IMG/VR virus record: IMGVR_UViG_2734482549_000013
Length of the DNA: 45,259 bases
Source: a virus
Lineage: Duplodnaviria; Heunggongvirae; Uroviricota; Caudoviricetes
Direction: 5' to 3' (one strand)
Position 1 is the first letter of the stretch; every line of letters starts with the position of its first letter. Under the pieces are notes generated by a model. That model ran no database searches. It saw nothing but the letters and a program-made list of their open reading frames with translations, and was not told the DNA's origin. This document shows, piece after piece, positions 39,221-45,259 of this stretch. Both the position numbers and the translations under genes were made by a program.

Positions 39221-39964
39221 ATGACACAGACAGAATCAGCGATTCTGGCGCACGCCCGGCGATGTGCGCCAGCGGAGTCGTGCGGCTTCGTGGTGAGAAC
39301 ACCGGAGGGGGAAAGATATTTTCCCTGCGTGAATATTTCCGGTGAGCCGGAGGAGTATTTCCGGATGGCTCCGGAGGACTGGCTGCAGGCAGAGATGCAG
39401 GGTGAGATTGTGGCGCTGGTCCACAGCCACCCCGGTGGTCTGCCCTGGCTGAGTGAGGCCGACCGGCGGCTGCAGGTGCAGAGTGATTTGTCGTGGTGGC
39501 TGGTCTGCCGCGGGGCGATTCACAAGTTCCGCTGTGTGCCGCATCTCACCGGGCGGCGCTTTGAGCACGGGGTGACGGACTGTTACACGCTGTTCCGGGA
39601 CGCTTACCATCTGGCGGGAATTGAGATGCCAGATTTTCATCGTGAGGACGACTGGTGGCGTAATGGTCAGAATCTCTATCTGGATAATCTGGAGGCTACA
39701 GGGCTGTATCAGGTGCCGTTGTCAACGGCGCAGCCGGGCGATGTGCTGCTGTGCTGTTTTGGTTCATCGGTGCCGAATCATGCCGCCATTTACTGTGGTG
39801 ACGGCGAGCTGCTGCACCATATTCCTGAACAACTGAGTAAACGAGAGAGGTACACCGACAAATGGCAGCGACGCACACACTCCCTCTGGCGTCACCGGGC
39901 ATGGCACGCATCTGCCTTTACGGGGATTTGCAGCGATTTGGCCGCCGCATCGACCTTCGTGTGA
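39221..39964 (+). CDS. Tail tip assembly protein K (JAB/MPN plus NlpC/P60-like), 247 aa (alternative start at 39365 gives the 199-aa lambda-annotated form)
   Basis: JAMM-like motif HSHPGGLPWLSEAD (H-x-H-x7-S-x2-D) with upstream E in APAESCGFVV, which argues for the longer start; NlpC/P60-like Cys/His region downstream. Confidence 0.75.
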   Translation: MTQTESAILAHARRCAPAESCGFVVRTPEGERYFPCVNISGEPEEYFRMAPEDWLQAEMQGEIVALVHSHPGGLPWLSEADRRLQVQSDLSWWLVCRGAIHKFRCVPHLTGRRFEHGVTDCYTLFRDAYHLAGIEMPDFHREDDWWRNGQNLYLDNLEATGLYQVPLSTAQPGDVLLCCFGSSVPNHAAIYCGDGELLHHIPEQLSKRERYTDKWQRRTHSLWRHRAWHASAFTGICSDLAAASTFV

Positions 39965-40509
39965 AAACGGGGGCCGAAGCCATCCGGGCACTGGCCACAC
40001 AGCTCCCGGCATTTCGTCAGAAACTGAGCGACGGCTGGTATCAGGTGCGCATTGCCGGGCGTGATGCAGGCGAAAATGAATTATCTGCCCGTCTTAATGA
40101 ACCGCTGGCAAATGGTGCCGTGATCCACATCGTTCCGCGTCTGGCGGGTGCCAAAAGTGGCGGTGTGTTTCAGGCGGTGCTGGGTGCGGCGCTGATTGCG
40201 GTGGCATGGTGGAACCCTGTGGGCTGGCTGGGGGCCGCGGCTGTATCGGGTATGTATGCAGCAGGGGCCAGTATGATCCTGGGTGGTGTGGCGCAGATGC
40301 TGGCACCGAAAGCCAGGACGCCCACGGCAGCCAGTACAGATAACGGCAAACAGAACACGTATTTCTCGTCACTGGATAACATGGTTGCCCAGGGTAATGT
40401 TCTGCCTGTTCTGTACGGGGAAATGCGCGTGGGGTCACGTGTGGTTTCTCAGGAGATCAGCACGGCAGACGAAGGGGATGGTGGTCAGGTTGTGGTGATT
40501 GGTCGCTGA
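39862..40509 (+). CDS. Tail assembly protein I (lambda gpI-like), 215 aa
   Basis: N-terminus MAATHTLPLASPGMARICLYGDLQRFGRRIDLRVKTGAEAIRALATQLPAFRQK and C-terminus recalled as lambda gpI; 103-nt overlap with K as in lambda. Confidence 0.8.
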   Translation: MAATHTLPLASPGMARICLYGDLQRFGRRIDLRVKTGAEAIRALATQLPAFRQKLSDGWYQVRIAGRDAGENELSARLNEPLANGAVIHIVPRLAGAKSGGVFQAVLGAALIAVAWWNPVGWLGAAAVSGMYAAGASMILGGVAQMLAPKARTPTAASTDNGKQNTYFSSLDNMVAQGNVLPVLYGEMRVGSRVVSQEISTADEGDGGQVVVIGR

Positions 40510-40527
40510 TGCAAAATGTTTTATGAG

Positions 40528-40556
40528 AAACCGCCTGCGGGCGGTTTTGTCGTTTA
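40528..40556 (+). terminator. Hairpin AAACCGCC-TGCG-GGCGGTTT followed by TGTCGTTT between I and J
   Basis: Perfect 8-bp stem with T-rich tail read directly. Confidence 0.5.
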
Positions 40557-40569
40557 TGGAGCGTGAGGA

Positions 40570-43500
40570 ATGGGTAAAGGCAGCAGTAAGGGGCATACCC
40601 CGCGCGAAGCGAAGGACAACCTGAAGTCCACGCAGCTGCTGAGTGTGATCGATGCCATCAGCGAAGGGCCGGTTGAAGGTCCGGTGGATGGATTAAAAAG
40701 CGTGCTGCTGAACAGTACGCCGGTGCTGGACAGTGAGGGGAATACCAACATCTCCGGCGTCACGGTGGTGTTCCGGGCAGGTGAGCAGGAGCAGTCACCG
40801 CCGGAGGGGTTTGAATCCTCCGGCTCCGAGACGGTGCTGGGTACGGAAGTGAAATATGACACGCCGATCACCCGGACCATCACGTCGGCAAACATTGACC
40901 GACTGCGTTTTACCTTCGGTGTACNNNNNNNNNNNNNNNNNNNNNNNNNNNNNNNNNNNNNNNNNNNNNNNNNNNNNNNNNNNNNNNNNNNNNNNNNNNN
41001 NNNNNNNNNNNNNNNNNNNNNNNNNNNNNNNNNNNNNNNNNNNNNNNNNNNNNNNNNNNNNNNNNNNNNNNNNNNNNNNNNNNNNNNNNNNNNNNNNNNN
41101 NNNNNNNNNNNNNNNNNNNNNNNNNNNNNNNNNNNNNNNNNNNNNNNNNNNNNNNNNNNNNNNNNNNNNNNNNNTCATCGATGTGAAACAGTGCTACCCG
41201 AACACGGCACTGGTCGGCGTACAGGTGGATTCGGAGCAGTTCGGCAGCCAGCAGGTGAGCCGTAATTATCATCTTCGCGGGCGCATTCTGCAGGTGCCGT
41301 CGAACTATAATCCGCAGACGCGGCAATACAGCGGTATCTGGGACGGAACGTTAAAACCGGCATACAGCAACAACATGGCCTGGTGTCTGTGGGATATGCT
41401 GACCCATCCGCGCTATGGCATGGGGAAACGTCTTGGTGCGGCAGATGTGGATAAATGGGCGCTGTATGTCATCGGCCAGTACTGTGACCAGTCGGTGCCG
41501 GACGGCTTTGGCAGCACGGAGCCGCGCATCACCTGTAATGCCTGGCTGACCACACAGCGCAAGGCGTGGGATGTGCTCAGTGATTTCTGCTCGGCGATGC
41601 GCTGTATGCCGGTATGGAACGGGCAGACGCTGACGTTCGTGCAGGACCGACAGTCGGATAAGGTGTGGGCCTATAACCGCAGTAATGTGGTGATGCCGGA
41701 TGATGGCGCGCCGTTCCGCTACAGTTTCAGCGCCCTGAAAGACCGCCATAATGCCGTTGAGGTGAACTGGATTGACCCGGATAACGGCTGGGAGACGGCG
41801 ACAGAGCTTGTGGAGGATACGCAGGCCATTGTCCGTTACGGTCGTAACGTCACGAAGATGGATGCCTTTGGCTGTACCAGCCGGGGGCAGGCACACCGCG
41901 CCGGGCTGTGGCTGATTAAAACGGAACTGCTGGAGACGCAGACCGTGGATTTCAGCGTGGGTGCTGAAGGGCTTCGTCATGTACCGGGCGATGTCATTGA
42001 AATCTGCGATGATGACTATGCCGGTATCCGCACCGGCGGGCGCGTGCTGGCGGTGAACAGCCAGACCCGGACGCTGACGCTCGACCGTGAAATCACGCTG
42101 CCATCCTCCGGCACCACGCTGATAAGCCTGGTTGACGGGCAGGGGAATCCGGTCAGCGTGGAGGTCCAGTCCGTCACCGACGGCGTGAAGGTAAAAGTGA
42201 GCCGTGTTCCTGACGGTGTTGCTGAATACAGCGTGTGGGGGCTGAAGCTGCCGACGCTGCACCAGCGATTGTTCCGCTGCGTGAGTANNNNNNNNNNNNN
42301 NNNNNNNNNNNNNNNNNNNNNNNNNNNNNNNNNNNNNNNNNNNNNNNNNNNNNNNNNNNNNNNNNNNNNNNNNNNNNNNNNNNNNNNNNNNNNNNNNNNN
42401 NNNNNNNNNNNNNNNNNNNNNNNNNNNNNNNNNNNNNNNNNNNNNNNNNNNNNNNNNNNNNNNNNNNNNNNNNNNNNNNNNNNNNNNNNNNNNNNNNNNN
42501 NNNNNNTTCAGATACAGCGTAACGGTGGCTGGGTGACGGAAAAAGACATCACCATTAAGGGCAAAACCACCTCGCAGTATCTGGTCTCGGTGGTGGTGGA
42601 TAACCTGCCTCCGCGCCCGTTCAGTATCCGGATGCGCAGGATGACACCGGACAGCACCACAGACCAGCTGCAGAACAAAACGCTCTGGTCGTCATACACC
42701 GAAATCATCGATGTGAAACAGTGCTACCCGAACACTGCACTGGTCGGCGTACAGGTGGACTCGGAGCAGTTCGGCAGCCAGCAGGTGAGTCGTAATTATC
42801 ATCTTCGCGGGCGCATTCTGCAGGTGCCGTCGAACTATAACCCGCAGACGCGACAATACAGCGGTATCTGGGACGGAACGTTAAAACCAGCATACAGCAA
42901 CAACATGGCCTGGTGTCTGTGGGATATGCTGACCCACCCGCGCTACGGCATGGGGAAACGTCTTGGTGCGGCGGATGTGGACAAATGGGCGCTGTATGTC
43001 ATCGGCCAGTACTGCGACCAGTCAGNNNNNNNNNNNNNNNNNNNNNNNNNNNNNNNNNNNNNNNNNNNNNNNNNNNNNNNNNNNNNNNNNNNNNNNNNNN
43101 NNNNNNNNNNNNNNNNNNNNNNNNNNNNNNNNNNNNNNNNNNNNNNNNNNNNNNNNNNNNNNNNNNNNNNNNNNNNNNNNNNNNNNNNNNNNNNNNNNNN
43201 NNNNNNNNNNNNNNNNNNNNNNNNNNNNNNNNNNNNNNNNNNNNNNNNNNNNNNNNNNNNNNNNNNNNNNNNNNNNNNNNNNNNNNNNNNNNNNNNNNNN
43301 NNNNNNNNNNNNNTTGACCCGGATAACGGCTGGGAGACGGCGACAGAGCTTGTGGAGGATACGCAGGCCATTGCCCGTTACGGTCGTAACGTCACGAAGA
43401 TGGATGCTTTTGGCTGTACCAGCCGGGGGCAGGCACACCGCGCCGGGCTGTGGCTGATTAAAACAGAACTGCTGGAAACGCAGACCGTGGACTTCAGCGT

Positions 43501-45259
43501 GGGCGCAGAAGGGCTTCGCCATGTGCCGGGCGATGTCATTGAAATCTGTGATGATGACTATGCGGGTATCAGCATCGGCGGGCGCGTGCTGGCGGTAAAC
43601 AGCCAGACCCGGACGCTGACGCTCGACCGTGAAATCACGCTGCCATCCTCCGGTACCATGCTGATAAGCCTGGTTGACGGAAGTGGCAATCCGGTCAGCG
43701 TGGAGGTTCAGTCCGTCACCGACGGCGTGAAGGTGAAAGTGAGCCGTGTTCCTGACGGCGTTGCTGAATACAGCGTGTGGGGGCTGAAGCTGCCGACGTT
43801 GCGCCAGCGCCTGTTCCGCTGTGTGAGTATCCGTGAGAACGATGACGGCACGTATGCCATCACTGCCGTGCAGCATGTACCGGAAAAAGAAGCCATCGTG
43901 GATAACGGGGCGCACTTTGACGGCGACCAGAGCGGCACGGTGAATGGTGTCACGCCGCCAGCGGTGCAGCACCTGACTGCCGAAGTCACCGCAGACAGCG
44001 GGGAATATCAGGTGCTGGCGCGCTGGGACACGCCGAAGGTGGTGAAGGGGGTGAGCTTTATGCTTCGCCTGACCGTGGCAGCGGATGACGGCAGTGAGCG
44101 GCTGGTCAGCACGGCCCGGACGACGGAAACCACATACCGCTTCACGCAACTGGCGCTGGGACGGTACACGCTGACAGTCCGGGCGGTAAATGCCTGGGGA
44201 CAGCAGGGCGATCCGGCGTCGGTATCGTTCAGGATTGCCGCACCGGTAGCACCGTCGCGGATTGAGCTGACGCCGGGCTATTTTCAGATAACTGCCACGC
44301 CGCATCTTGCGGTTTATGATCCGACGGTACAGTTTGAGTTCTGGTTCTCGGAAACGCGGATTACCGATATCAGGCAGGTTGAAACCACAGCCCGCTACCT
44401 TGGCGCGGGGCTGTACTGGATAGCCGCCAGTATCAATATCAAACCGGGCCATGATTATTACTTTTATATCCGCAGTGTGAACACCGTTGGCAAATCGGCA
44501 TTCGTGGAGGCCGTCGGTCGGGCGAGCGATGATGCGGAAGGTTACCTGGATTTTTTCAAAGGCAAGATAACCGAATCCCATCTCGGTAAAGAGCTGCTGG
44601 AAAAAGTTGATCTGACGGAGGATAACGCCAGCAGACTGGATGAGTTTTCGAAAGAGTGGAAGGACGCTAACGATAAATGGAATGCGATGTGGGGCGTCAA
44701 AATTGAGCAGACCAAAGACGGCAAACATTATGTCGCGGGTATTGGCCTCAGCATGGAGGACACGGAGGAAGGCAAGCTGAGCCAGTTTCTGGTTGCCGCC
44801 AATCGTATCGCGTTTATTGACCCGGCAAACGGGAATGAAACGCCGATGTTTGTGGCGCAGGGCAACCAGATATTCATGAACGACGTGTTCCTGAAGCGCC
44901 TGACAGCCCCCGCCATTACCAGCGGTGGCAGTCCTCCGGTATTTTCCCTGACATCAGACGGAAAGCTGACCGCTAAAAATGCGGATATCAGTGGTAGTGT
45001 GAATGCGAACTCAGGAACGCTCAACAATGTCACGATTAACCAGAACTGTACGATTAAGGGCATGCTGGAGGCGACCCAGGTCAGAGGGGATTTCGTTAAA
45101 GCTGTATCAAAAGCCTTCCCGAAAAAAGTCGGTACGTGGGGTAACACGGAAACACCAGACGGTACGGTTACAGTCACCATCAGCGATGATCATAACTTTG
45201 ACCGCCAGATTATTATTCCGCCCATTATTTTTAACGGTATAGCGTATGACGATCCGGGG
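40570..45259 (+). CDS. Tail tip / central tail fiber protein J (lambda gpJ-like), partial at 3' end; interrupted by three N-gaps and a duplicated internal segment
   Basis: N-terminus [34 protein letters not shown] recalled as lambda gpJ; downstream segments continue gpJ-like sequence in the same orientation. Confidence 0.85.
40925..41174. other. Assembly gap (250 N)
   Basis: Run of n characters. Confidence 1.
41175..42287 (+). repeat. J-gene segment, copy 1; near-identical to 42706-43024 plus 43314-43829
   Basis: Direct comparison: same sequence with scattered single-base differences (e.g. acacggcac vs acactgcac; ggattcg vs ggactcg). Confidence 0.85.
42288..42506. other. Assembly gap (219 N)
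   Basis: Run of n characters. Confidence 1.
43025..43313. other. Assembly gap (289 N)
   Basis: Run of n characters. Confidence 1.

Noticed and set aside
41351-45180. Long minus-strand ORFs (41351-42262, 43022-44728, 44728-45180) inside the J region
   Set aside because: They are antisense to a clearly gpJ-like plus-strand reading frame, partly translate through N-gaps, and have no start context; typical antisense open frames in GC-rich coding DNA
1-45259. CRISPR arrays, IS elements or att core sites
   Set aside because: No regularly spaced direct repeats, no transposase ORFs, and the window starts at the integrase stop so attL would lie outside it

Overview
This window is the interior of a nearly intact lambdoid prophage of the Rac family (Escherichia-type), running from the integrase stop codon at base 1 to a tail-tip J gene that runs off the right edge. 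All calls are by eye from the sequence and ORF track; no searches were run. Gene order: intR-xisR-ydaC-ralR-recT-recE-racC-ydaE-kilR (minus strand), sieB, ydaG/ydaF, the racR/ydaS-ydaT immunity switch, replication genes ydaU and DnaC-like ydaV, a full-length ydaW-like gene, then an AT-rich cargo island (about 11.8-15.7 kb). Downstream are nin-like genes, a candidate Q antiterminator with a tR'-like terminator, two TolA-domain-III-like lipoproteins, a phage-21-type lysis cassette, trkG, a ParB-like gene, terminase, portal, head and tail genes with a G/GT -1 frameshift, tape measure, M, L, K, I and J. The strongest candidate for a previously undescribed system is the two-gene cassette at 11897-13936: a 340-aa protein with a HEPN-like RNxxxH motif and a 333-aa protein with a GNAT-like acetyltransferase motif. 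The J region has three N-gaps and a duplicated segment that looks like a scaffolding artifact. No CRISPR array, rRNA, tRNA or IS element was recognised.
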